Assembly: GCF_000015805.1 (NCBI RefSeq)
Contig: NC_009073.1
Coordinates: 1,950,001-1,982,000 of the forward strand
Source of the DNA: Pyrobaculum calidifontis JCM 11548
GTDB taxonomy: Archaea > Thermoproteota > Thermoprotei > Thermoproteales > Thermoproteaceae
Length of the DNA stretch: 32,000 nt
Direction of reading: 5' to 3'
A model generated the notes under the pieces. It was not told where the DNA came from and did no database searches. It saw nothing but the letters and a program-made list of their open reading frames with translations. Positions 1-7,754 of this stretch are shown piece after piece. Every line of letters begins with the position of its first letter. Within the stretch, counting starts at the first letter, position 1. A program made the translations under genes and the position numbers.

Positions 1-1046
1 TTGGGCTTGTACTCCAAATACGCCCTATACGCCGCGGCCAGCGCATCTCTCTCATGAGTAGTCTTGACCCGCCAGCCAGTTCTTTCAACTATCTGCGCCT
101 TTTCCTCCGTCGACAAGTCTCTGCCAGGTGTGTACAACGCCGCCCCCACCATTGCGGCGAGGCGTTTGACGTACTCCGGGGCCTCTCCCACGTCTGTCGC
201 CACGAGGACGGGGACGCCCCACTGTTGTACATATCTAACTAAATCCCCGCGTGAAAAACTGCGCCGTGCCACCGTGTCTAAAACTTCCCCGTCCAGCGTC
301 AAAATGGCTAAGCCTGTCACAACGCCTGGGTCCACGCCGATTATTAGGTAGCGCAATGTATGCGCCTCCTCGCCGCGTTTGGCTGGGAGAGAAAATATGG
401 AGACTGCCACGTCTATGCTCCTCATGGGCTTGACGTAGCGCCTCACCACCTCTCTATTTGCATACACTACAAACTTCGCAGAGCTCACCTCGCCAGACTC
501 CTCTTTTACAAACAAGTCGTAGTCTAGTTTAGCCTCCTTAAGCCTTGCCTCGATCTTGGCCATAAGCGCCTTTATCCTATGAGTCACATTCCTCATATAC
601 CGATTCCTGCTCATGCCGCCCGGCGTCGTGGAAATGCGGCGGTGTATCAAGATTACGGTCTCCTCTTCAAAAAGTTTAACCGGCGTGCCTACCCCCCTCT
701 GTGCAAGCATGGCTAGGTAAAACGCGGTCTCAAGGGGGTCTAGCCGCCCCTTTTCAACACCGAAATATTCTCTGACAAGGTCCTCGGTGCTTTTAAGCTC
801 CATGCCCCTGGTGACCTCCACCACGTTAACCACGTAGGGCAGTCTGCCCAACGCCTTGATCAACAGCCGGCCGTGTTGAAACAGCTCGCTTACGCTGTCG
901 ACAGCCAAAACTTCGCAACGGTATTTTTTAAACAGATTAACCAAGTTGCGTACGTCTGTTACCCCTCTCTCCACGACGACATTATTCTCAAGAACCACGT
1001 AGGCAAATCCGCCGCCAGGCACAACGTCTATGCCAAGGATGGGCAC
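1..1046 (-). CDS. DUF460/COG2433-like predicted RNase H-fold (RuvC/YqgF-like) nuclease; N-terminal ~348 aa only, 3' end runs off the window
   Basis: Absent from the ORF track because there is no stop inside the window. My minus-strand translation from GTG at 1046 gives VPILGIDVVPGGGFAYVVLENN...YLIIGVDPGVVTGLAILTLDGEVLD...VATDVGEAPEYVKRLAAMVGAALYTPGRDLSTEEK, open to position 1. It has two ILGID/IGVDPG segments typical of RuvC/YqgF folds. An A/T-rich TATA-like element at 1062-1073 lies ~20 nt upstream. Confidence 0.6.
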   Translation of the reverse strand, partial: MPILGIDVVPGGGFAYVVLENNVVVERGVTDVRNLVNLFKKYRCEVLAVDSVSELFQHGRLLIKALGRLPYVVNVVEVTRGMELKSTEDLVREYFGVEKGRLDPLETAFYLAMLAQRGVGTPVKLFEEETVILIHRRISTTPGGMSRNRYMRNVTHRIKALMAKIEARLKEAKLDYDLFVKEESGEVSSAKFVVYANREVVRRYVKPMRSIDVAVSIFSLPAKRGEEAHTLRYLIIGVDPGVVTGLAILTLDGEVLDTVARRSFSRGDLVRYVQQWGVPVLVATDVGEAPEYVKRLAAMVGAALYTPGRDLSTEEKAQIVERTGWRVKTTHERDALAAAYRAYLEYKP

Positions 1047-1049
1047 GTG

Positions 1050-1958
1050 TTACATTCTCAGGTTTTTATTTATGAGCTCCACAAACGCGTCCCCCATGCC
1101 GCGGCCGAGCTCGAAGTCCTTTAACTGAAGCTCAACCCCAACCCTTCGGAAAAACGCTGAGATGTTCTCAAGGTCGCGTCTTAGATACGCCTCGGCGCCT
1201 GGGCTATCTGTAGGCATCCACTGCGGCCAGTCGATGACGTAGCCGCGCTCTCCGGCAATGACGTTGTAGGGAGAAAGGTCTCCGTGGACGATGCCTATGC
1301 GCAAGGCCGTGGCCACCGTCTCTAACACGTCCTCCGCCACTCGTCTAAAGTCGCAACTCCTACATCTATACAACTCTACGCCGTCTATATATGCCATAAT
1401 AACGACGTGTCTATTCACCGCTATGGGCTCTGGGACGTGCCCCCCCGCTTCGAACACTTTTTCAAGGGCAAAGTACTCGGCAAGCGCAGAGAGCCTAGTT
1501 TCGTATACCTGGGCGAGGTGCGCGTACTTTTTCACAAGTCTTTGAAACGCCTTCTCATACCTAAAGACAGAGACTCCGCCCCTGTGGAACTTGACGGCGA
1601 GTTTAAAGCCAGAGGGGCTCTCCCCCACGTAAACTACCGCCTCCTTGCCAACGCCGACGGGCGTGGGAGACAGCTTCAAGACCTTTCTCTTAACCCTTAG
1701 AGTATGTATTGCAAGCACGTCGTAGCCTTGCGCCGTTATCTTCCACCCAAGATATGGGGCAACATTGCGGCGTAGTAGGCCGAGGTAGTGCAACCGCCGA
1801 ATTATCTGCGCCACCTCTTCGCGTCTACATCTGCACCACCTCTCAATAACCTCCTGTGGCACAAATTCGTACCTCCTATGCCCAGCCTCAATCATCCTCA
1901 GAACTCTCAAATCCCTCTTCTCCAGCTGGCCATACGCCTCTACGACGTCTTTTATCAC
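1050..1958 (-). CDS. rio2: RIO2-type atypical serine protein kinase (N-terminal winged helix plus RIO domain)
   Basis: Motifs: LEKRDLRVLRMIEAGHRRYEFVP (wHTH), GVGKEAVVY, LAVKFHR, IVHGDLSPYNVI, IDWPQW. The track ORF extends to 2057, but the GTG at 1958 gives a normal N-terminus. That start avoids overlap with the divergent gene and lies ~24 nt from the TATA at 1979-1985. Confidence 0.85.
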   Translation of the reverse strand: MIKDVVEAYGQLEKRDLRVLRMIEAGHRRYEFVPQEVIERWCRCRREEVAQIIRRLHYLGLLRRNVAPYLGWKITAQGYDVLAIHTLRVKRKVLKLSPTPVGVGKEAVVYVGESPSGFKLAVKFHRGGVSVFRYEKAFQRLVKKYAHLAQVYETRLSALAEYFALEKVFEAGGHVPEPIAVNRHVVIMAYIDGVELYRCRSCDFRRVAEDVLETVATALRIGIVHGDLSPYNVIAGERGYVIDWPQWMPTDSPGAEAYLRRDLENISAFFRRVGVELQLKDFELGRGMGDAFVELINKNLRM

Positions 1959-1985
1959 ATATATACCCCGGCTACGTCTTTTAAA
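1959..1985. promoter_or_regulatory. Interleaved divergent promoters: ATATATA (1959-1965) for the + gene at 1987, and TTTTAAA (1979-1985) for the - gene starting at 1958
   Basis: Each A/T box is centred 24-25 nt from the start codon of the gene on the far side. The whole intergenic region is only 28 nt. Confidence 0.5.
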
Positions 1986-1986
1986 C

Positions 1987-2541
1987 GTGAAGAGGATTGT
2001 TACACTAGTTTCAAGAGAGCAGGCCGAGGTTGGCCACAGATTTAGAGTTTTTGGCATACCAGACGAGTGTAGAGAGTGTAGGCTCTACTCTGTGTGTCTC
2101 GGGCGGCTGACCCCGGGCAGAAGCTACATAGTAGTGGAGGTGAGACCCTCGATGGGGCAGAAGTGTAAGATTACTGGCGGCGAAATGGTGCCCGTGGTGG
2201 TGGAAGAGACCCCCATAGTTGGCCTGCTACCGCTTAACAAGGCGTTGGAGGGCGTCGTAGTTACTTACGAGGACGAGTGCGCCGGTTGCGATGGATGCCC
2301 GAGCAACATGGTGTCCAAGGGAGAGAAGATTAAGGTTGTAAAAGTGTTGGGCAGAGCCAAGTGTCGCGGCCGCGAATTTGCTATCGTCGAGTTTTACGCC
2401 TTAGGAGCGCCTTCACTCTCAGGAGCAAGTTCCGCAGGGATTTCTCAAGCCCCCTCTCGCGTGCCTCTTTCAAAACCTCCTTCAAAATCGCCTTCGCCTC
2501 AGAAGTCTTCCCCTCGAGGGCCAACCTCTCGGCTTCCCTAA
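1987..2541 (+). CDS. UPF0179-family Cys-rich protein with a ~45-aa Ser/Pro-rich C-terminal tail
   Basis: GTG start. FGIPDECRECRLYSVCLGRLTPGRSYIVVEVRP...CAGCDGCP...KIKVVKVL resembles the archaeal UPF0179 pattern as I recall it. The conserved part ends near aa 138 (EFAIVEFY). The rest is low-complexity and overlaps ORF 2381-2587 on the other strand. Confidence 0.65.
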   Translation: MKRIVTLVSREQAEVGHRFRVFGIPDECRECRLYSVCLGRLTPGRSYIVVEVRPSMGQKCKITGGEMVPVVVEETPIVGLLPLNKALEGVVVTYEDECAGCDGCPSNMVSKGEKIKVVKVLGRAKCRGREFAIVEFYALGAPSLSGASSAGISQAPSRVPLSKPPSKSPSPQKSSPRGPTSRLP

Positions 2542-2587
2542 GCCTAGTGATTAACTTTGCCGCCACAGCCTCTAGCTCCTCAGCCAT
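2381..2587 (-). CDS. Hypothetical 68-aa all-helical Glu/Lys/Arg/Leu-rich protein
   Basis: ATG start lies 23-24 nt from the palindromic TATA at 2607-2614. Codon usage (GAG/AAG/AGG/CTC) matches other genes in the window, whereas the opposite-strand frame uses TCA/CCT/TCT. I recognise no homologue. Confidence 0.45.
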   Translation of the reverse strand: MAEELEAVAAKLITRLREAERLALEGKTSEAKAILKEVLKEARERGLEKSLRNLLLRVKALLRRKTRR

Positions 2588-2606
2588 GAGGGGGCATATG
2601 GTAACG

Positions 2607-2614
2607 TTTTAAAA
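2607..2614. promoter_or_regulatory. Palindromic TATA box TTTTAAAA, putatively bidirectional
   Basis: The centre (2610.5) is 23.5 nt from the ATG at 2587 (- strand) and 24.5 nt from the GTG at 2635 (+ strand). Confidence 0.5.
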
Positions 2615-2634
2615 GTTTTAAGCCAACGGCCTCT

Positions 2635-3306
2635 GTGGACCGCGTCGCGGTTTATATCAAGAACCTAGAAGAGGCCTTGTCCACGCTCGTGTTAAAAGAC
2701 CCGGCGTATAGAGACGTGGTCGAGTTGGCTCGGGCATACCTCAAAGACGCCAAGTACTACTACTCTGTCGGCGATAGAGAGACTGCCCTCGCCACAGTTT
2801 CATACGCGGAGGGCCTCCTCGATGCACTGAGGATCATCGGCGGCGCCGAGTTCACTTGGAAAAAGCCTAGCGAGGTGAAAAACACGAGGAGGGTAATGGT
2901 GGCTGGGACCTTTGAGATACTGCACCCCGGCCACTTGGCCTATCTTAGAGAGGCTTGGAAGTTGGGCTACGTCACGGCCGTAGTATCGTCGGATCAAAAC
3001 GCCGAGCGGTTCAAAGGCAGGAAGATCGTTATACCACAGAGTCAACGCGCCGAGGTGTTATCCGGCGTCTACTACGTGCACAGAGTCGTGCCCGGGGGCG
3101 AGGGGAACATCTACGACATTCTCGATGTGGTGAAACCCGACGTAGTACTACTCGGCCCCAACCAGAGGGTATCAGAAGACGACGTCAAAAGAGAGGCGGC
3201 TAAGCGCGGTCTTAACATTGAGGTACTACGAGCCTCCTACACCCAGTGCGAGCTCTGCAGTACAAGCAAGATCATAGAAAAGATACTGCGCACATTTAAT
3301 GCTTAA
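2635..3306 (+). CDS. ribL: DUF357 domain fused to a RibL-like cytidylyl/adenylyltransferase (probable archaeal FAD synthase)
   Basis: GTG start. The C-terminal half has [25 protein letters not shown] (nucleotidyltransferase HxGH motif) and [10 protein letters not shown], like MJ1179-type RibL. The N-terminal ~85 aa is helical and DUF357-like ([12 protein letters not shown]). Confidence 0.6.
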   Translation: MDRVAVYIKNLEEALSTLVLKDPAYRDVVELARAYLKDAKYYYSVGDRETALATVSYAEGLLDALRIIGGAEFTWKKPSEVKNTRRVMVAGTFEILHPGHLAYLREAWKLGYVTAVVSSDQNAERFKGRKIVIPQSQRAEVLSGVYYVHRVVPGGEGNIYDILDVVKPDVVLLGPNQRVSEDDVKREAAKRGLNIEVLRASYTQCELCSTSKIIEKILRTFNA

Positions 3307-3952
3307 CTTAGAAGCCGCCAAGAAGGTACAAGAACTCCTCTCCAAGAGGGTTGTACTCAAGCCTCTACCCCCCGTGGACACGGTGGGCGGCCTCGACGTC
3401 TCCTATGCAAGCGGCCTCGCATATGGAGTCGCAGTAGTCGTGAAAGTAGACGACATACAGCCGGTTGAGGTGGCGTATTCAATAAACAAGTCGGTAATGC
3501 CGTACGTCCCAACTTTCTTGGCATTTAGAGAAATTACGCCGATGCTCAGGGCATATCTAAAACTGCGGAACAAGCCCGACGTCATACTTGTGGATGGGCA
3601 CGGCTTGGCGCATCCAAGGCGGTTTGGAATAGCCTCGCACATAGGGGTAGTCTTAGGCAGGCCGACGATAGGCGTGGCTAAATCCCGCCTCTACGGAGAG
3701 GAGCAGGGAGAGGCGCTGATAGACCCCTCAACAGGAGAGGAAATCGGAAGAGTAATCCGCTGCGGAGGCAAAAAGAGGTACATCTCTGTGGGCTCTCACG
3801 CAACGCTAGAAGACGCCACGGCGCTAGTGGAGAAGCTGTGTAAAAACGGCGAAATAGTGCCAGTGGACTTAGCCCACAAACATACACAGTTGGCCAAGCG
3901 TATAAAGCCCGAGAAGTTTGACCAGTGGGGAGAGGCGCTACTTGACTATTAA
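3299..3952 (+). CDS. nfi: Endonuclease V
   Basis: Motifs [23 protein letters not shown] and [20 protein letters not shown]. The ATG overlaps the ribL stop by 8 nt. Confidence 0.9.
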   Translation: MLNLEAAKKVQELLSKRVVLKPLPPVDTVGGLDVSYASGLAYGVAVVVKVDDIQPVEVAYSINKSVMPYVPTFLAFREITPMLRAYLKLRNKPDVILVDGHGLAHPRRFGIASHIGVVLGRPTIGVAKSRLYGEEQGEALIDPSTGEEIGRVIRCGGKKRYISVGSHATLEDATALVEKLCKNGEIVPVDLAHKHTQLAKRIKPEKFDQWGEALLDY

Positions 3953-4324
3953 GACGGGGACCCGCGCCCTAGATGCCACGGCCTGTGAAACAGAGCCCAA
4001 GACAAGCCGCTGAATCGTCGACAGCCCCCTCGAGCCCATCACTATTAAGTCGGCCCTAATCTCCTCCGCATAGTTTAATATCTCGTTCGCAGGCACGCCG
4101 CTCCTCACCGCGACGTCGGACACCGCGAGGCCGCTACTGGCAATTTTCTCCGCCGCCTCTGCGGCAATCCTCTTGGCTTTTTCCAAGGCCTCTTGCGAGG
4201 GGTCCACGGCTACTGTGATAACGTATAGAGAAGAGTTCAATACCTTCGCAAGCGATACGGCGTGTTCAACCGCCTTCTTTGCGTGGTCAGAGCCGTCATA
4301 TGCCACTAGAATCCTCTTATACAT
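3938..4324 (-). CDS. Universal stress protein (UspA family)
   Basis: Motifs [21 protein letters not shown] and [37 protein letters not shown]. An A/T-rich TATA-like stretch within 4337-4349 lies ~15-25 nt upstream. Confidence 0.85.
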   Translation of the reverse strand: MYKRILVAYDGSDHAKKAVEHAVSLAKVLNSSLYVITVAVDPSQEALEKAKRIAAEAAEKIASSGLAVSDVAVRSGVPANEILNYAEEIRADLIVMGSRGLSTIQRLVLGSVSQAVASRARVPVLIVK

Positions 4325-4351
4325 ATCCTATATTGGTCATAATCTTTTTAT

Positions 4352-5167
4352 CTATTTTCCTCCTGATCCGAGCACAAGTAGTCCTCTTATAAAGTATCGG
4401 CCGAGTGCTATGAATAGTAGCAGAGGAGGTAGAGAAGATATAAGCGCGGCAGCGAACATCTCGTTGTATAAATTGCCAGATTGCCCAATGTAGCTGAATA
4501 CCTTGAGAGTTATGTGATTGTTATAGGTTTTTGAAAGCACCAGTGGTATGAAGAAGTTATTCCACCCGTTGATGGTCAAATAGGTAGCAGTAGAAGTGAG
4601 GCCGGGACCCAGCAGGGGGAGCACGGCGCTCTTAAATATCGCGAATTCACTTGCTCCATCTATCTCTGCCGCTTCTACCACAGATTTGGGCAACGCTGTT
4701 ATGAATATTAACATCATAAGTGTTGCAAATGGTATAAAAAATATTAAAAGTCCTAGTGCTATGCCATATAGAGTATCAAAAAGACCTATATAAGTCATGA
4801 ATCTAGCCAAGGGAACTGCCGCGGATTGATATGGTAGATATGTCGCAATAGCGACTAGTATCATTAATAGGTCTTTGCTCTTGGCCCTACTTCTCCATAA
4901 TGCATATGCTCCCAAGGCGCCTATCAGCGTCGCCCCAAGCGCAGTAGGCACCACTACTAGCGCAGTGTTTAATAGAACTGGTGCCAACTCCTGGGCCACT
5001 TTATATAGTGCGCTAAAATCTAGCCTATTTGGAGGCGTATATACCGGCGTGGCAAGGACGTCTGAAAGAGGTTTTACGACGCCTACTATTAGAGTATAAA
5101 TTGGGATTGCCCAAAAGATGCCAATAACTACTATCAGTAGATGTGCGAGGATTTTCATCGTATCCAT
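4352..5167 (-). CDS. Carbohydrate-type ABC transporter permease (MalG/GlcU-like)
   Basis: Six predicted TM segments and an EAA-loop-like EAAEIDGASEFAIFKSAVLPLLGPG. It overlaps the upstream permease by 13 nt. Confidence 0.85.
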   Translation of the reverse strand: MDTMKILAHLLIVVIGIFWAIPIYTLIVGVVKPLSDVLATPVYTPPNRLDFSALYKVAQELAPVLLNTALVVVPTALGATLIGALGAYALWRSRAKSKDLLMILVAIATYLPYQSAAVPLARFMTYIGLFDTLYGIALGLLIFFIPFATLMMLIFITALPKSVVEAAEIDGASEFAIFKSAVLPLLGPGLTSTATYLTINGWNNFFIPLVLSKTYNNHITLKVFSYIGQSGNLYNEMFAAALISSLPPLLLFIALGRYFIRGLLVLGSGGK

Positions 5168-5979
5168 CTCCTAAGGCTGAACATGGAATACGGTATGACT
5201 ATAACCGCGGAGAGAATTATTATCACTATAGCGGTGGCGCTGGCCACAGCTAGGTAAAAAGCTGTAAATTTCATAAAAGTGTACATAACTAGAGTCATTA
5301 CATTTGGATTTATGAAAAGTATAGAGTATGGTAAATCAAACATCTGTATGGCAAAAAGTGTAAAGAATATTGTTGAAATTATAAAACTTTGTCTAGATTG
5401 TGGTATAACTATCTTGAGCATTGTGTATAGCCTACTTGCGCCATCGACTTGAGCGGACTCCAGCTGAGCCTTTTCAACATTGTAAAACATAGCCAAGTAG
5501 AATAGCACCGCGAGCCCTGAGTAAACCCACACAGAGACAAGTGATATACTCCAAAACGCATTTCCCCCATAAAGCGGGTTTCCCAGGAGAGAGCCAAATC
5601 CCCTGTCTGAGTCTAGTAGCCATCTCCAAATAATGCCAGTAGTTACCAGGGAAAGAGATAGAGGATAGATGAAATACGCCGTGAGCATGTTTCTAACTCT
5701 AGGACTTTCAAGGTTGTAAATTAGGGAAGCTACAACAAGGCCTACGACATTGCCCAACGATACAAGTATGAAGATCCAGAGAAGAGTTTTAGCGAATGCT
5801 TCTTGGAATAGGGGATCGCTAAATAATTGCGCATATGTATTAAAACCAACAAAACTTTCATATGGAGTGAGAATAGAATAATTTGTTAATGAATAATATA
5901 AATTCCACAGTATAAACGAGTATAAAAAAGTTATAGCAATAAAAAGCGGTAGTAAAAAAAGTATAAGAGATTTTCTCAT
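5155..5979 (-). CDS. Carbohydrate-type ABC transporter permease (MalF/GlcT-like)
   Basis: Multi-TM protein with EAA-loop-like ESAQVDGASRLYTMLKIVIPQS. It overlaps the SBP gene stop by 4 nt. Codons are strongly A/T-ending. Confidence 0.85.
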   Translation of the reverse strand: MRKSLILFLLPLFIAITFLYSFILWNLYYSLTNYSILTPYESFVGFNTYAQLFSDPLFQEAFAKTLLWIFILVSLGNVVGLVVASLIYNLESPRVRNMLTAYFIYPLSLSLVTTGIIWRWLLDSDRGFGSLLGNPLYGGNAFWSISLVSVWVYSGLAVLFYLAMFYNVEKAQLESAQVDGASRLYTMLKIVIPQSRQSFIISTIFFTLFAIQMFDLPYSILFINPNVMTLVMYTFMKFTAFYLAVASATAIVIIILSAVIVIPYSMFSLRRWIR

Positions 5980-7397
5980 TTAACCCAAGGTGGCTGATAG
6001 CCGCCGAAGGGTTTCCCAGGCGCTCCCATGTACCAAGTATCCTTCCAGAGGGATCTCTCGGTATTGAGGGCGCTGGCCAACGTATTGTACCATAAGTCGG
6101 TCCGACCCGTTTGTACGAGTACAATGGACTGTTGTAGCAATGACTGCCACACGTCAGAGAATAATGCGCCGTGTGTTAGGCTAAATACATAGGCCTTGGC
6201 ATTCCTATACTCCTCCACCTCCCACCTCTGTATAGGCGTGGGATATATGGCTGGGTCTATGTTCTTATAAACCGCTATGGAGCCCTTAAGCGGGTTGAAA
6301 ATCGACTGCCCCTCCGGTCCCGCGAAGTATTTCACAAATTCTATCCCCATCTGCGTAGTGGGAGACCCAGCGGGTACTGCCACCGCGTCTATAACTAGGT
6401 TGTAAATACCTTGAGTTCCAGGGAATGGAGCCACTATTATATTGCAGTCTGGCGTGACAGCAGTGTAGGGGCACATCTTCACCTGTGGATAGACGTTGTA
6501 TATCAACCCCACTACCCAGTCGCCATCTACATGCGCCAAGCCTTTTCCAGCAACTAAGTCTGCCACAGCCCCCGTCCAATCCAGAGAAGGCCAATTAGCA
6601 GGAAATGTCTTCGAAAGCGTCAAGAACACCTCTGTGGCCTGGCGTAGAGAGGGGTCGTCTGGGGGCAGTGTTCCATACGTAAATATTATGAACTTCTGCG
6701 GCCCGGCTACGGCCAAAAACACTTGCTCCCATAAGTGCAGTATTGTGAACTGGTCGGCGCCGGCTTGCAGTAGGCATGGGATGCCCATGGAGGTTGCCTT
6801 ATTACATAGGGCAACTAAGTCGTCTAAACTCTTGGGAACAGAACCACCAATTTTGTCTAAAACCTGTTTATTTATAAATATGAGATTTGCCCTGTGTATA
6901 TTAACTGGCAATGCGTATACTTTCCCGTTCAGGGAGCACGCCGAAAGTACGTCAGGCGCTTGAGTCGTCATATCTATTTCCTTTGCCACACTGCTCAACT
7001 CTACAAAGCTGGCCTCCCCCTTCGGAGCCACATAGATATAGCTCAGAATCTCAGGCCCACAGTGCACTTGAAACGCCGCAGGCGGATTCCCCGCCTGCAT
7101 TAATGCCAAAATTGCAAATTTGGCGTTTACACCAGCGCCGCCGGGCACGGCGGTTTTCTCTACCTGAATACCCGTCTTCTTTGTAAAGTTCCCAATAACT
7201 GCATCTATTGCAAATCTTTCAAGGCCAGCCCACCAGGTGTAGAATGAGATTTTCTTTACCTGCGCCGTCGTCTGAGCGGGGGGTGTGGGAGCCGTCTGTG
7301 TAACCTGCGGCGCTTGTTGCATGGTGCCCAGAATATATGCAACGACGCCCACAACAACGACTAACACAACTATTGCAAGAAGCTGGGATGTCTTCAT
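5976..7397 (-). CDS. ABC transporter extracellular sugar-binding protein, N-terminally membrane-anchored
   Basis: N-terminal TM helix (LLAIVVLVVVVGVVAYILG) is followed by a Thr/Pro/Gln linker (QAPQVTQTAPTPPAQTTAQ), as in crenarchaeal sugar-binding proteins. It is the first gene of the SBP-permease-permease operon. The TATA TTTTAAAG at 7421-7428 is centred 27 nt upstream. Confidence 0.8.
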   Translation of the reverse strand: MKTSQLLAIVVLVVVVGVVAYILGTMQQAPQVTQTAPTPPAQTTAQVKKISFYTWWAGLERFAIDAVIGNFTKKTGIQVEKTAVPGGAGVNAKFAILALMQAGNPPAAFQVHCGPEILSYIYVAPKGEASFVELSSVAKEIDMTTQAPDVLSACSLNGKVYALPVNIHRANLIFINKQVLDKIGGSVPKSLDDLVALCNKATSMGIPCLLQAGADQFTILHLWEQVFLAVAGPQKFIIFTYGTLPPDDPSLRQATEVFLTLSKTFPANWPSLDWTGAVADLVAGKGLAHVDGDWVVGLIYNVYPQVKMCPYTAVTPDCNIIVAPFPGTQGIYNLVIDAVAVPAGSPTTQMGIEFVKYFAGPEGQSIFNPLKGSIAVYKNIDPAIYPTPIQRWEVEEYRNAKAYVFSLTHGALFSDVWQSLLQQSIVLVQTGRTDLWYNTLASALNTERSLWKDTWYMGAPGKPFGGYQPPWVK

Positions 7398-7431
7398 AGA
7401 AAAACATAGACTTCTAATGCTTTTAAAGTAT

Positions 7432-7453
7432 TGCTACGTCGCCCAACGTAGCA
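7432..7453. promoter_or_regulatory. Perfect inverted repeat TGCTACGT-N6-ACGTAGCA between the ABC-operon and tRNA promoters (candidate operator)
   Basis: Read directly: 8-bp arms at 7432-7439 and 7446-7453, lying immediately upstream of the ABC-operon TATA box (7421-7428). Confidence 0.3.
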
Positions 7454-7478
7454 GTGCCTTAACAAGGAGGATCAAGAC

Positions 7479-7485
7479 TTAAATA
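7479..7485 (+). promoter_or_regulatory. TATA box (ACTTAAATAC context) for tRNA-Ser
   Basis: TTAAATA is centred ~23 nt upstream of the tRNA 5' end. The same 10-mer ACTTAAATAC recurs upstream of the protease gene at 16598-16607. Confidence 0.55.
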
Positions 7486-7504
7486 CACATACTCAAATAG
7501 AGGC

Positions 7505-7604
7505 GCCGGGGTGGCCGAGCGGCCCAAGGCGCGGGACTCGAGGGCTAAGGCGGGGATATCCCGTCCCCGTTCAGGGGGCGTGGGTTCAAATCCCACCCCC
7601 GGCG
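7505..7604 (+). tRNA. tRNA-Ser(CGA), class II, with a 15-nt intron after position 37
   Basis: Manual fold. Acceptor GCCGGGG (7505-7511) pairs with CCCCGGC (7597-7603), and the discriminator is G. Anticodon stem CGGGA (7532-7536) pairs with TCCCG (7559-7563), and the loop is CT-CGA-G[intron]A. There is a long variable arm (7564-7579) and a T arm GTGGG-TTCAAAT-CCCAC. CCA is not encoded. Confidence 0.85.
7543..7557 (+). other. tRNA intron (GGCTAAGGCGGGGAT) at the canonical 37/38 position
   Basis: Removing it restores a 7-nt anticodon loop and a 5-bp anticodon stem. I could only draw a relaxed bulge-helix-loop (7537-7540 pairing with 7551-7554), not a strict BHB. Confidence 0.7.
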
Positions 7605-7725
7605 TGTCAAATTTCCCTTGTCTTGCGACTAAAAGTAGAATGCGGAAAAGATCTCTGTACTCGCATCGTCGACGCTGTGTTAGCGTTTAGGTCGAATTAT
7701 TAGACTTGGCCGCGGGTTGGTAAAG

Positions 7726-7733
7726 TTTTTATA
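7726..7733 (+). promoter_or_regulatory. TATA box within the 11-mer GTTTTTATACC (copy 1 of 3)
   Basis: Centred 25.5 nt upstream of the ATG at 7755. Confidence 0.55.
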
Positions 7734-7754
7734 CCGCGCCTGTCTTGGCTTCCT

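Noticed and set aside
1987-1993. GTGAAGA 25 nt downstream of a TATA box, considered as a third C box
   Set aside because: It is the GTG-AAG-AGG start of the UPF0179 gene. No D' or D box (CTGA) follows at 12-nt spacing.
1959-2057. N-terminal extensions implied by the longest-ORF track: rio2 to 2057, pth to 16615, mrp to 31249, moaDE from 29103, pcn to 25601, sdhA from 21486
   Set aside because: The extensions add non-homologous residues, overlap neighbouring genes or TATA boxes, and place the start at the wrong distance from the A/T box. Internal starts give family-typical N-termini.
6496-6963. 155-aa plus-strand ORF inside the ABC substrate-binding protein gene
   Set aside because: It is antisense to the SBP gene and has no motif.
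7605-7754. 150-nt spacer downstream of tRNA-Ser, examined for integrase remnants, att-site duplication of the tRNA 3' half, small ORFs or ncRNA
   Set aside because: There is no repeat of the tRNA 3' segment and no ORF longer than 16 aa. No C/D or hairpin-rich structure is present beyond an 8-nt CGTCGACG palindrome. The 3' part is explained by the Zn-ribbon gene promoter.
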